From Macrostomum lignano (taxonomy: Eukaryota), in assembly GCA_002269645.1 (NCBI GenBank), contig NIVC01000019.1, positions 124,001 to 188,000 on the forward strand: a stretch of DNA of 64,000 nt. Reading direction: 5' to 3'. The notes below the pieces were generated by a model that did no database searches, had not been told where the DNA came from, and worked only from the letters and a program-made list of their open reading frames with translations. The translations under genes and the position numbers were made by a program. Below are positions 35,809 to 58,063 of this stretch, in pieces (position 1 is the first letter of the stretch; each line of letters opens with the position of its first letter).

Positions 35809-38800
35809 TCAACTTAGCTCAGCAATTTGCTCAACCACAACCACACTACCATTTACAGCGTCGCCAAATACAGCACCTTGACCGTTGCGAAAAGTACACA
35901 GAGCAGTTGGACGAGTCACCGAACCAATGGCAGAGTCGACGTCCTTAGCAACGGTAACAACGCCCAACCCGGAGTTGGCGAGATTAATTAGCAACAATCT
36001 GCAGACTTCTCTTATTCCATTGTCACCAAGGCAGACAGCGGCCGGCAGGATTAGTCGATCCCGGCTGTACACCATCAGCCCAGTCAGCACCAAAGCCGAC
36101 GACGTAGCAAATGGAAGCGAATTGAAGTTCAGGCGTCGGATAGGCGAGAAGGACAGCGGCGCCAGCGGAGTCCGCGCCAGGCCGCAAAGCACTACCGCCG
36201 ACGGTTGCGATCCGGCCAAGGCCGCTGACGCAACAGCCAGGAGACTGTGGCTTTGGCACCAAGCCAAGCTGGCAGGCCGGCTGACGCTCAGAGATTCGCC
36301 GGACTGACGTTGCCACACGGCCGGGGCGAGGCCGGGCTGGCTGGCGGCCAGCAGCAGGCAGTTGGTGTCCGGACAGGCCACGCAGACAAGTCCGGCGTCG
36401 GATGCGGCAACATCCGTAGCACCGGTGGCAACTTCGGAGCCTTAAACAGTTATTGAAGCGTCGAAGGAGTCATTGAAAAGTCATCGGCACTTGGCAAACC
36501 AGGGCTATAGTGGTGCATTGGCACTTTTAGTGTTTTTTACACTAAGCAGATGTACAGTGGTGCAAATTGTTGGAAATTCCAACTCACTCATTTAAAACAA
36601 AGTGCTCTACCTTCAAGCGTCCACAGAAGACAACCCGACGGCAGCTGAAAGGCGCGCACAGAGGTGCTGGATTCGCCAGTTCGCGCCAAAACGAACAGCG
36701 CGCCGCGTCCACCGATGACAGCCGATCGAACCGCGCCGATTCCAGTCAGCGCAGTTAAGCCTGGCGGCAGGGGCTGCTGCTGGCCGCGAATGTCGTAGCA
36801 GCCAAGTCGACCGATTTTTTTTAAATCAGAGTCTTCCTGTTCAACCACGTACAGCCGGTCATTGTGGCAGGCAATAGAGAGCGGCGTGCCGGCGTTGGCG
36901 GTGCGAAAACGCCAGGAGTTTGCGCTACTGGAGGCAGAGGTCGAGGCTGAGACGGCGGAATTGTCGGCGCTTGAGGCAAGCGAATTGGAGCGCTGAGGAT
37001 TGGCGAAAATACGAAGACTAGTCATTGCGCGAACAAACAGATATAGAAATTTGGCACGATTCAACGAGTTTTAAAATTAATTATATGGTAATACATCTCC
37101 TTTTGAGATTCATTTGATTTATACTCGATTAAAATCCCAGACACTAAACTGGTGCATAGCCATGCTTGGGCACCCGCGCAACCTCGGGATTCACCCGGCC
37201 GTTTCTATTGGCAATACACACATGTAAGTCGCTATTGGACGGAATAGTAGTCACGTGACTGCTCTCAGCCAATAGCGACTTACATGTGTGTGTGTTGCCA
37301 ATAGAAACGGCCGAGTGATTTCCAAGGTTGCGCATGTGTGCAGCATAGCCGGCAGCAGTCTGACGTAGCAGCGTGGGAGATTTTAAACAGACAAACCATA
37401 GACAACAGAAATCAATTTGGGCATCAATAACTGAGCCACAGGTGGAATGCATGACTAAAGTAAAGAATGTCACAGAGAGGACCAAACGCCGAAATCAGTC
37501 TGGTGGACAGAAAGAGAATCGTGAATGCATGCGTGACTGGTGGTTTGGAGTTTGGTGTTCGTGAAAGAAAGCAAATCGATAGAGACGACGAATAGAATAA
37601 AAACGACAAGATTTTTCACACTAAAAGGCGCCAAAAGTACGAGTAGTATTAAAAGTCGCCTAGGAGTCTCCTTGTAGCGTCTTATTGTCTGCGACTTTGA
37701 AACGACTCGTATTCGAAGCGTGCTATAGTCGTGTTTGAAGCGCATTTGCGTCGCATGATGAATTAGAGTGACATTTATTATTTTTTTATTAGAGGCAGGG
37801 GGGTTGTGTGCACCCTGGCGCACTTTAAGCGACATAGGCACACAACCGGCGAGAGGCATTGCTGCCCATTCCGCCGACTCCCCTGAGCAGGCATACAAGC
37901 GCGCGGATACGTACGCAGGCACACACTCACACAGGAGTGTACAGCGGCCCTAACTTTATTTTATCGTTGGGCATGTACACTTCACTGCGCCTTGGGGGGT
38001 TGGTTGGCTCTCGAGACCGTTAATTGCACGAGCAGAGCCAAGCCGAAATTCCAATTCAGCCCCAAATTAATGTGACTGCACTTGGAATCGAGCCTGGGTC
38101 GCTGGCACACCAGAGCAGCTGCGCTACCGCTGGGCTACGGCCCCCCTAGAAAAATGTATGCCGCCAACACACACGATTCTTGGATTCTATCAAGACTTAC
38201 GCGTTTGAGTCGTTAAAGTAAGTCACAAAAGTCACTCCAGAGTCGTTTTCTAAAACCTAGTCTAATCAATTTTTCCAAAAAACGAATAAAGTTTCGGACT
38301 GAGACTCGACCTTGGATAGTTGTGATGCAGAAAACTTTAGAGCTTCTCAATCAATTTTCATCGGGAATGGTCTTATTTAAAATAAAATAAGCAGTTTGTT
38401 TTTCAAGTTTCTTAATTTAAAATGTAAATGTTCAGAGCACCGGCCCATATACTTGTAATTCGCTCGGAAGTAAAGCCCATGGAGGTGTCGACACGCATGG
38501 ACTAAATTAATGCTAGAATACTCATTAAGTTACCCATATTGCATTTTCGGCTGGCATGATTTTGCTTATAGTTCAGTGACCTCTCTGGGGAATATACGCG
38601 TATAATATCTATGGCGACGCATTCACTTACGTTAGCTAAAACAGCACGGTAAGCAGGTTCACTGGCAACCAGTTGCTTTGCCTTATCATTGGCCGTCTTT
38701 GCCTCTATTCTGGCGCTGATATTGGCTTCAACTGTGTCGCCAGTGCCGCCAGCAGCTGAGAAGGACTCCGTCAACGGTATGAACAGGCTGGAAAGGCGAA

Positions 38801-41800
38801 GTGCAGCACCTGAGATAACAGTGCTGACTGACCTGATTGAACTTGCAGCTGGCAAGAGAAGCGGTTCAATGCCGTCAGCGGAACGGAAGCCGCAATTTGG
38901 GCAGGCAAGGTCGCGAGTTCGAGCATCCTGTAGCGCGACGAGACAAGGTGCGCAGAACACGTGGCCGCAAGGCACCCGTCTCGGATCAATAAATGACGCG
39001 TTGCAGACGTTGCAGGTTTGAGTGATGTCCCTATTCTGCTGCGCCTTGTCTGGGAGAGCATTTTCTTGACTGGACAGGCTGCAGTCTTTTAGATTGGCTG
39101 TGTAACCAGTGTTCTTTGTCTCTTCATTAACATTGGATTGAGCACTAGCCATTTCTGAAGCTTTCACTGACAAAGAAGGTACTTCGCAGGGGGCAGAAGC
39201 CATCGACGCAGTGATATTAGAGGCACTAAACGTCTCAATGCTTGGCCCAGCAGAAGATTTTTGCTTACGCGCAGTGGACACAGCAACTGTTGCTACGTCA
39301 GCTGTAGCCGACTGATTCGCTAAGTTGGCCGGTTCTCTAAAGGAAAATGAAAAGAAAGGAAGTTGAAATCTAGTCGCGGAACAAGTCTATAGAATTAATT
39401 TAAGAATAAATAACCGAAATTATACTTTTAGCCGAGTCAGACATTCGATTTATCCATCTGATTCTAGATATGCTTACGAAGGTACCTAAAAAGTTTTTGG
39501 ACTTGACCCTTTTTGAGCAAAGTCAGTGCACCAAACTTTCACACCTTTTCAGAGTACCCCCCCACTCTGAATGCAGCGCTCCATACAAAGAAACCAGGCT
39601 TGAAAGCACTGGGACCACTGGAGGCTCTGTAGGCTTCCTCTTCGTCATGGAATTAAAGTTCCAAGAAGTTTTTCCTTGGCTAGTGCAAACAAAAAGTAGT
39701 CCCACGGTGCCAAGTCAGGAGAATAAGGCGGATGGGGAAGCAGCTGAATGGATTTCTGAGCCATGAAATCCACATTGCGAGCTGCTGTGTGTGCACAATG
39801 GCATTTTCGTGGTGCCACAACAGACCGCACGTTCCGCTGCGAGGTCTCTTCTCGCGCCACTTCTGCAGAACCTCTGGAACGCATACTGTTGTGTACCATT
39901 CTGCATTGACTGTTCTTTGCTTATTAAGTGGCACAATCGCCAAATCGCCTGTTATGGAGAAGAAAGTGGCGACCATCTTTGAGTTAAAAAGCTAAAAATT
40001 TAGGAAATGACCGAGGAAAGGATGTTCGAGTCCAAAAAATGTTTAGGTACCCTCGTATAATAGCCAACGCTTCAAATTAGGTTGCCTATTTGCTATAGGA
40101 AAGGCACACAACATATCGAAAGGTGAACATTGGGTCTGCCTCCTATAGCAATAACAATTTTAATATGAAAAAGGGAAAAGTTTCTATCTCCGCAGTGTAT
40201 TGTTCAGCGAACACCAGCCTCTTTAACATTTTCTAAGAAACGTGGTTTACCGCCCTACTACTTTGAGTAGTCCTTGGCCAACACACAAAGAGCACTACTC
40301 ACGCTGGCCTATCAATAAACAGTACGGAGCCGAGCTTGTCCCAGACTGCCACAGTCTGGCAGTTGTCATCGTCGCTCGTGCTTGTTACATCGGCTGGCAG
40401 GCACTGCGCCAGCTGCACCTGGCGCACCGAGTAATCATCTAGCGAGGTGGCGCCCGGCGGCACCCAGCTGACAACTAACCGGCCGAGCCAGTAGCGCGCC
40501 ACAACCAGCTCGCCATCTGCGCGCACCAGCAGCGCCGGCAGAGTGGCCGATTGAAGAGATACACAATGCCGCTGGGCTGGCCGAAATTCCGCTGTTGAAG
40601 TGGCCGAGTTTGCATTGATTTTATAAGCGCGGATCGAATACTCGGAGCTGCTGTCGGCTAATTGGTCTATGACCAGCAGCAGCCTGTACTGCCGGCACCA
40701 GAACAGGCGCTTGGGCTGCACGGGTGCGTTGGACTTAAATGTGCACCTGTTGGTGATGTTAAATCAGCATTAGGAATGTAAATAGGGAATGTCAACCAAA
40801 GCACCGGGATGTAGCCAATCTATAACTTGTTCGACTAGCCGATTAGAGAGGCCGTGACATCTCACCCATACCCCTCCTTTGAAGAAGCTTTGGACTTTTA
40901 TAGGATAGGAAATTTATCGGAGTCTACAAATTGACTGCCTCAAATTCTAACCAATTTGAAAAAAAGAATATAAAAAAGAAATTAAAGTAACTCTTCATGC
41001 GATTTTTTACACATCAATACAATGTCGTGTGCTGTCAAGAAAGCTTTCACCAACCCTGTTGTATACCTAAGGTCAACTTTGTTAGAAAAACTGAAACTTT
41101 CTAAGCGGTATGCCAACATGTGTAAGCCAAGGACTACTCAACTAGAAGGACGGGGAAACTAATTTTCTTAGAAAACGTTAAGGAGGCCTAAGGTTTTGCC
41201 GAAAAATACACTACAGAGATAGGACCTTTTCCTTTTTTCATATTAAAATTGCTATTGCTTTCGATAGGAGGCAGAGCCAATGTTCAGCTTTTGATATGTT
41301 TTGCCCTTCTTATAGCTCTATTGATATTTTTATTCTACGTACAATTGCATATGTCCTGTGCCTAAAAACCATTAAAATGGCACGGCTCGGCTCACTGGTT
41401 TTATGAATATATTTTAATATCTCAGCTGACTGTGTAAGAATATGTGTGACAGAGATGATAAAATAGATTCATAAAACTAGAGTCGAGCAGTGCCATGCAT
41501 TTTTATGACTTCTAGGTACAGGGAATGTACGTAGAATAAAAATCTAACATTTGAATCCTAATTTTCTGAACAAAAATCTTTATTAATATCAATAGAGCTA
41601 TAAGAAAGACAAAACATATCAAACTGCCTCCTATCGAAAGCAATAACAATTTCAAAATGAAAAAGTGAAAAGTTCCTATCTCTGTAGTGTATGTTTTTCG
41701 AAAAACCCAGCCTTTTCGGCCCTTGTAGCTGAGTAGTCCTTGGTGTAAGTTAGCATATTCATGATTGTTTATTCCTACGTACAACATCGTCCAAAAACCG

Positions 41801-43065
41801 CTAGTTTTATAATCATGGTGGCTATGCCACCAAGAAGTGCATCTCGAATCCACCGATGGACTTATTTAGGTCTGGGATTAAGATATTGTTGTATTTTAAT
41901 CGAAGTAAAAATGATGACATGTATTCATTTTGCTAACACACCTGTTCAAACCGCTTCCTTTATCAACAGGGGCAGTGTAAAATTGGTTGCGCTCAGAGCA
42001 GACAATCAGGTGTTGCCCAGTGCTAACAACGTCCACCAAGTCAGCCAAAATGCCAGCCACAGCGGTAACTTGGCCGCTGGTCTTGGCCCAGGCCACCCGC
42101 TTGTGCCCGGCATCGAGCAGGATCAGGCGATTCGACACGCGGCAGGCGGCAACCCGAACCGGCCAGGTCACTTTTTTGTCGGAAAATTTCACTTCTCCAA
42201 TGCTACGAGTCGCCGAACAATTTTCGTCGCTGCCAAGCGAATAGGCACCAAGGCGAACTTGTTCGATACCGCGAGAACCGGACACTTCTAGGCAGTAGTA
42301 GGTGTCCCCGAGGCGTGTTGCAGAAATCAGAGGCGAAAGAAGACGGACTGACTTGGACTGAGTTATTGCTCCAAAAAGAGCTGCATTTGATCTGCCCGAC
42401 TCAGCAACAGAACCTGCATTTGATCTGCCCGACTCAGCAACAGAACCTGCATTTGATCTGCCCGACTCAGCAACAGAACCTGCATTTGATCTGCCCGACT
42501 CAGCAACAGAACCTGCATTTGATCTGCCCGACTCAGCAACAGAACCTGTATTTAACCTGCCAGACGCCGACTCACTTAAACATCCAGAATTCGCAACAGA
42601 AGAAGGCAAAGTCGAACTGTTTGAATTCGAGGCAGAATCAGAAAAGCTCAGTACAGCATCTGCTGCAGTTTTCGCCGACTGTCTCGGTGACTGCACCGGA
42701 TTTTGGTCAACTTTGCTACCAAAATTTACCAACGAATAGCCGCCCCCAGCAACCGGAACAAAGGCGGTGGTCCTGTAACTGTCTGGCACAGGCGTCCATC
42801 GCAGTTCTAAACAGCGCATGAGCCTGGCAACTACGGACTTTAACTCGGCATCAGATTCTCTGCTTAATTTGTTCTCTACCGAGCAGTGCCGAGTAAGCTG
42901 TGCGAGTTGCCCTGAGAGACGGGCGAAAAAAGCATCAATGTTTGTCTGGCAACAGCCGACCGACTCTGTGGCGTCAAGGAGTCGACGAACAACGTCAGCC
43001 TTCTGACGGAGTCGCTGCCGGGCAAGCCGCACCGGGATCAGCTGACTATCAGCTGACTCTTGCAT
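35809..43065 (-). CDS. Array gene 12: helical N-terminus + propeller + C3HC4 RING + propeller (~1095 aa); exons 43065-41942, 40746-40303, 39336-38631, 36992-36611 and 36440-35809
   Basis: Four GT-AG introns with matching phases (2,2,0,1); exon lengths 1124+444+706+382+632 = 3288 nt, open throughout. Apparent ORF stops at 40299 and others coincide with donors (GC|GTGAGT, AAC|GTAAGT). Confidence 0.7.
37880..38146 (-). mobile_element. tRNA-derived SINE (family A)
   Basis: The reverse strand reads GGGGCCGTAGCCCAGCGGTAGCGC...GGCTCGATTCC (Pol III boxes A and B) followed by a non-tRNA body shared with 13160-13392 and partly with 43200-43330. Confidence 0.7.
38892..39014 (-). other. C3HC4 RING finger (TRIM-type) within gene 12
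   Basis: CNVC-x11-CGH-x2-C-x2-C-x13-CPNC, with the P..vPCGHvFC..CL signature. Confidence 0.9.
39477..40055 (-). mobile_element. Internally deleted mariner element (579 bp) in intron 2 of gene 12
   Basis: TA|cgaaggtacctaaaaagtttttggact ... agtccaaaaaatgtttaggtaccctcg|TA (27-bp TIRs, TA TSD). Frameshifted transposase C-terminus: VMATFF..G...TVNAEWY, LWHHENA, LLPHPPYSPDLAPWDYFLF. Confidence 0.92.
40092..41745. repeat. Three copies of a ~190-bp repeat: 40092-40285 (+), 41122-41325 (-), 41590-41745 (+)
   Basis: Shared blocks acatatc..aaag.tgaacattgg.tctgcctcctat, aattttaatatgaaaaa and gagtagtccttgg; roughly 80% identical by eye. Confidence 0.8.
42381..42560 (-). repeat. 33-bp coding tandem repeat (SNAGSVAESGR, ~5 copies) in the gene 12 linker
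   Basis: Unit ctgcatttgatctgcccgactcagcaacagaac repeated perfectly and in frame. Confidence 0.9.
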
Positions 43066-44121
43066 GGTCGGGCTGTTGACCTGAAAATGATTTATTAATA
43101 TTATGACCAGTAAATTAATTGTATGATTAAAAACTCAAGGAACTACACCAATCTAATCAAGTAGTAAGAACAATTTTGCCATCCTGTCTAAGCACAACTT
43201 ACACAAATACGTACGCACTCATACGCACGCAGGGTGTACAGCGGTCCTGATTTTCTCATTATCAGCCATGCAGACAGTCGGCGCCTTTGAGACTGGCTCT
43301 AATTTGCTTGAATCGCCCCTGGGCTAGTGCAAAAGCTGAATTAATTAGGACTAAAATTGCACAATTAGATATGTACAAGACAGAAGGCAACAATTTATCA
43401 CAATATGGCACACAAATTTTATTGTATTTAAGCTTATGTTAATAACATGATATAATCCATTAAGTTTACGTGATGCATTACATGAGCAGCAAGTAGCAAT
43501 GAGCAGTTTCAGTAGCAGTAGTACAATTATCAATATAGAAATGCGTTTGCAAGTCTGGGCATTCTGCGACAGTCTTAACCTATTTCAGTAAGACAACAAA
43601 TAAAATTCTTAATTAGTCTGTGAATGGGAAGGGTTCTAAATTAAAAAACGAGCATTAATTATTAGTAATAGACCACTAAGAGTAGATAAACAGAAAGCTT
43701 CGTTTAACGAATATTTTCCAAAGGACTCGCCTTTCTGCGCAAACCTTGTGATGGCGCCTGACTGAGCGCTTCATCAACAACACACAACAGCAACATCAAC
43801 AACAAAGCACGGTGTCGCAAATTTCTTAAACGATAACAGTGTCACAGGGCCTTAATTACTAATGTTTATGTATCTGCTCCAGATGTTGAAACCAGATGTT
43901 CATATCTTGGCCGTGTACTTTCTTGGGAAACGCGGGCCCCTCAAAAAAAGTTCTAAAAAACGCAAAGTGTCCATTCCATCCACACTTAGCTTCTAGTGGT
44001 CCTTGCGATCGGTGCAACAGACAAATTTACACGCAACTGGGGACCAGTTGACAAGACAAAATGCCAGAGAAAATTGACCCAATAACAAGAGCGCAACAGG
44101 ATGTACAGCCCCGACTGGCAA

Positions 44122-54922
<10,801 letters not shown>

Positions 54923-55239
54923 GGCTGCTCTATTGCATGCAAGTGGTTGCGGAAGACATTTAGCCGCCTTTCCTATTATTACCCGATAAAAAGTCCCTAG
55001 GCCAAGAATACTTGCTTCGCCCGAGATTCGTTTCAGATGACATGAGGCTAAAAAACTCGAAAATGACAAACTGTCATGGTACAAGTCGCTAAAAAGTGAC
55101 CATACATGCGCAACCTCCAAAATTCGGTCGGCCGTGCGACTTAGTTTTAACAAAAATGCGACTTACTCGTAAAAAAAACATGTAGCAAAATTAACGCAAC
55201 TTTGGGTAAACGGCAGAAGTAACTATGACTGTCTTATCA

Positions 55240-55700
55240 AGCCAAAATGCCTCGTCAGCTACTTAGTACTACTACTTCGGTGTTTTTCGGGTGGGCATTT
55301 TTGCGACTTCCTTGGTTGACCGCCAAATCAATCGGCCGGATCGGCCGACTGTTGCGCATGTATGAAAGTGACCAAAAGAGTCGCCCAAAAGTCACTTTGA
55401 AGCATTTTGTTGTCGCGACTCTAGTGACTCTGAGGCGACGGTATCACTTTGAAGCACATTTGCATTGCTATGTAGTTCATATTAGAGTCACAACTCTGGC
55501 GGTTCTCCAGTCACAAAAAAGCGCTTTGGCTTTAGCCAACACAACAATTCTTGAACGACTTTTCAGGACTGTTTTCTAAATTCTAAAACTCACATGACGC
55601 GCCTGACGCAACAGTCGTCTCTCCATCGCATAGGATGCGTTTAAGACGTTAAAAAGTCACCAAAGTCACCCAAAAGTCGCTAGAGTCACTAAAGATATAT
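55240..55700. repeat. AGTCG/AGTCAC-rich dispersed repeat upstream of PRPF4
   Basis: Homologous (inverted) to 22860-22975; tttgaagcacatttgc is shared with 37734-37749. Confidence 0.45.
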
Positions 55701-56740
55701 TTGCAACAACATTTAGGCGAATATTGTTGGATTGTCTTTTCAACAGGCCAAAAACTAACTAAGAAATACTGTTTTCTACAAAAACATCACTGCATCAAAA
55801 AATAAACTCAGTTCACTTGTAACAAGGAATTTTAAACAACAAAAGTGACTGATGATTTTGGTGGACATGGGCACCACTATCTGGTTTTTATGAGCATTTG
55901 AAGCACAGTGCCATTTGTCATCCTGTGTGACCTACTACATTTAGTATGCCACATAAAAAAGGATCAAGCTTGCGCAGCAAATGTTAAAAAATTTAAATAT
56001 TTTAAATTATAGGATATTTGCATAAATATTTTCTTCTACAATTTTAGTCATCTTCATTCTTGAGCAAAAGGTTATTTGAAATCTAATAACATTATTAATA
56101 CTTCAAAAAATATTACATTATGAAATAAAGATTAGAACTCAAACCTAATATAATATATAATATAATATATATATAAGTTTTAAAAACCAAAAGTCAAAAT
56201 TTAGAATACCAAAATTTAAGTTGGTCATCTTGATGAAAATGGAATCTAGGGCAAATGTTTTGAAGCCACTTAAATCACCCTACTCCCAGAGTTACTTCAA
56301 AGTTTCTACAAATAACATAATCAAAATAGCCTAAAAGAAATGACTTAAGACAACTCTAGGCCACATGATATTAGAAAAACAAACTCTTTATACCAAGTAA
56401 AATTCATGCAAAATGCCAAATATTTTATCTTTTTTGTCAAAAAAATCACAGAAAATTTTTTGTTATAAATATATAGGAGAGGAAATGGTAATGGATGGTA
56501 ATAATTATCTTATGAGCCGTTTAATAAGACTCAAACAATTCAACCTATACATTCTTAGAGCCTTTGAGCTAGGAGTGAGTTATTCATTTTTGAAGTTGAA
56601 GAACCATTTGAAGAAATTACTGAGAGAGAATTAGGAAGCAATCCAAAGAGAGATACTAAGAGTTGCATTGTGACCCTCAGATCCCAGTATTGCCCAGGTT
56701 GGAAAAAGTATATATATAATAAAGATTGCTTAGGCTAGAA

Positions 56741-56982
56741 AATTACTAGAATGCTACCAGAAAATTACCAGAATGCTACCAGAACATTACCAGAATGCTA
56801 CTAGAACATTACCAGAATGCTACTAGAACATTACCAGAATGCTATCAAAATATTACTAGAATGCTACCAGAACATTACCAGAACTTTACCAGAATGCTAC
56901 TAGAGCATTACTAAAATGCTACCAAAATATTACCAGAATGCTACAAGAACCAAATATAAAGTTACCAGAATAGCTACCAGAA
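56741..56982. repeat. 11/22-bp minisatellite (attaccagaat/gctaccagaac)
   Basis: Degenerate tandem units seen directly. Confidence 0.85.
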
Positions 56983-58063
56983 ATGCATTATAATTAAATC
57001 AAAGGCATTCAAGAAACACATATGTAGGCTTATAAATACTATTTAGAGACCTGTTACAAATTGGTGGCTTAATTGTAAGATTAAATTCAATAGGCAGAAA
57101 TAAGTCTTGCAACATTTAATATGTTTAATGCAATAAAAAATCTTAAAATCTCAATAAAAACTTGAATTATTATCTTATCTAATCATAAATATATTAAAAA
57201 TATCTAATCTTTAGCTTTTACTTAAGCTAAATACTTAAAATAGGCCTAGTTATTTTACTTTTTATTATAACTCATAAGAAAGTCTTTATTTGCTTTAATA
57301 TTAATAATAATATGAAGAAATAAATGATATTACCAAGATTTATAGTCATGGAAACTCTGGCTCATCTGTGTGTGACAATGATAGCTAGACAATTAAGAAA
57401 GATTTAGAATGACTAAAAGCTTTAAGACAAAGACTTAAAGACTTAGAAACAAAGACTTAAAAACTCAAAAGTTAAGAAGATCAAAAGGTTTTTTTTGAAA
57501 AAATAGACCATTTTTCTCGTGTACTTAGGTAGGATAAGAAGATCAAAAGGTTTTTTTGAAAAATAGACCATTTTTCTCATGTACTTAGGTAGGATACTTG
57601 GCACAAAATGAGAAATGAGGGTCATTGGCATTGGGTGCCATTGGCATTGGGTGCAATACTAATAAACTGTTTAGATTCCTTCGCTTCTAGACTGTAGGCT
57701 AAATAGGTAGAAAATCAATTTGCCAAAAGTTGATTTGCCAAAAGTAGGTTGTTTTGCTAAAGGTTGTTTTGCCAAACAAATAAACAATGAACAAATAAAG
57801 AAATGAAACATTAAATACTAGATTTAAAATGATAAAATCAATTGATGACCCCATCTATGAATAAATAAATAAGTTAAAATGTAGAATGTTAAATGTTACA
57901 ATATAAAACCACTTGGGTTTTATAAATAGTGGTAAAATACATGCACATTGTGGCTTACAAAACAGTAGCCTAAAATTATAGAGTTTGCTGCATAGTAAGC
58001 CAATCTTAATTCATTATTCATAATTCATAAAATATAAAGTAATACTACTCATAGTTTTATATT

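Noticed and set aside
1-43065. Prokaryotic defence island or operon interpretation of the co-oriented ORF cluster
   Set aside because: Phase-consistent spliceosomal introns, SINEs, LINEs and mariners, and the adjacent PRPF4 show it is animal nuclear DNA.
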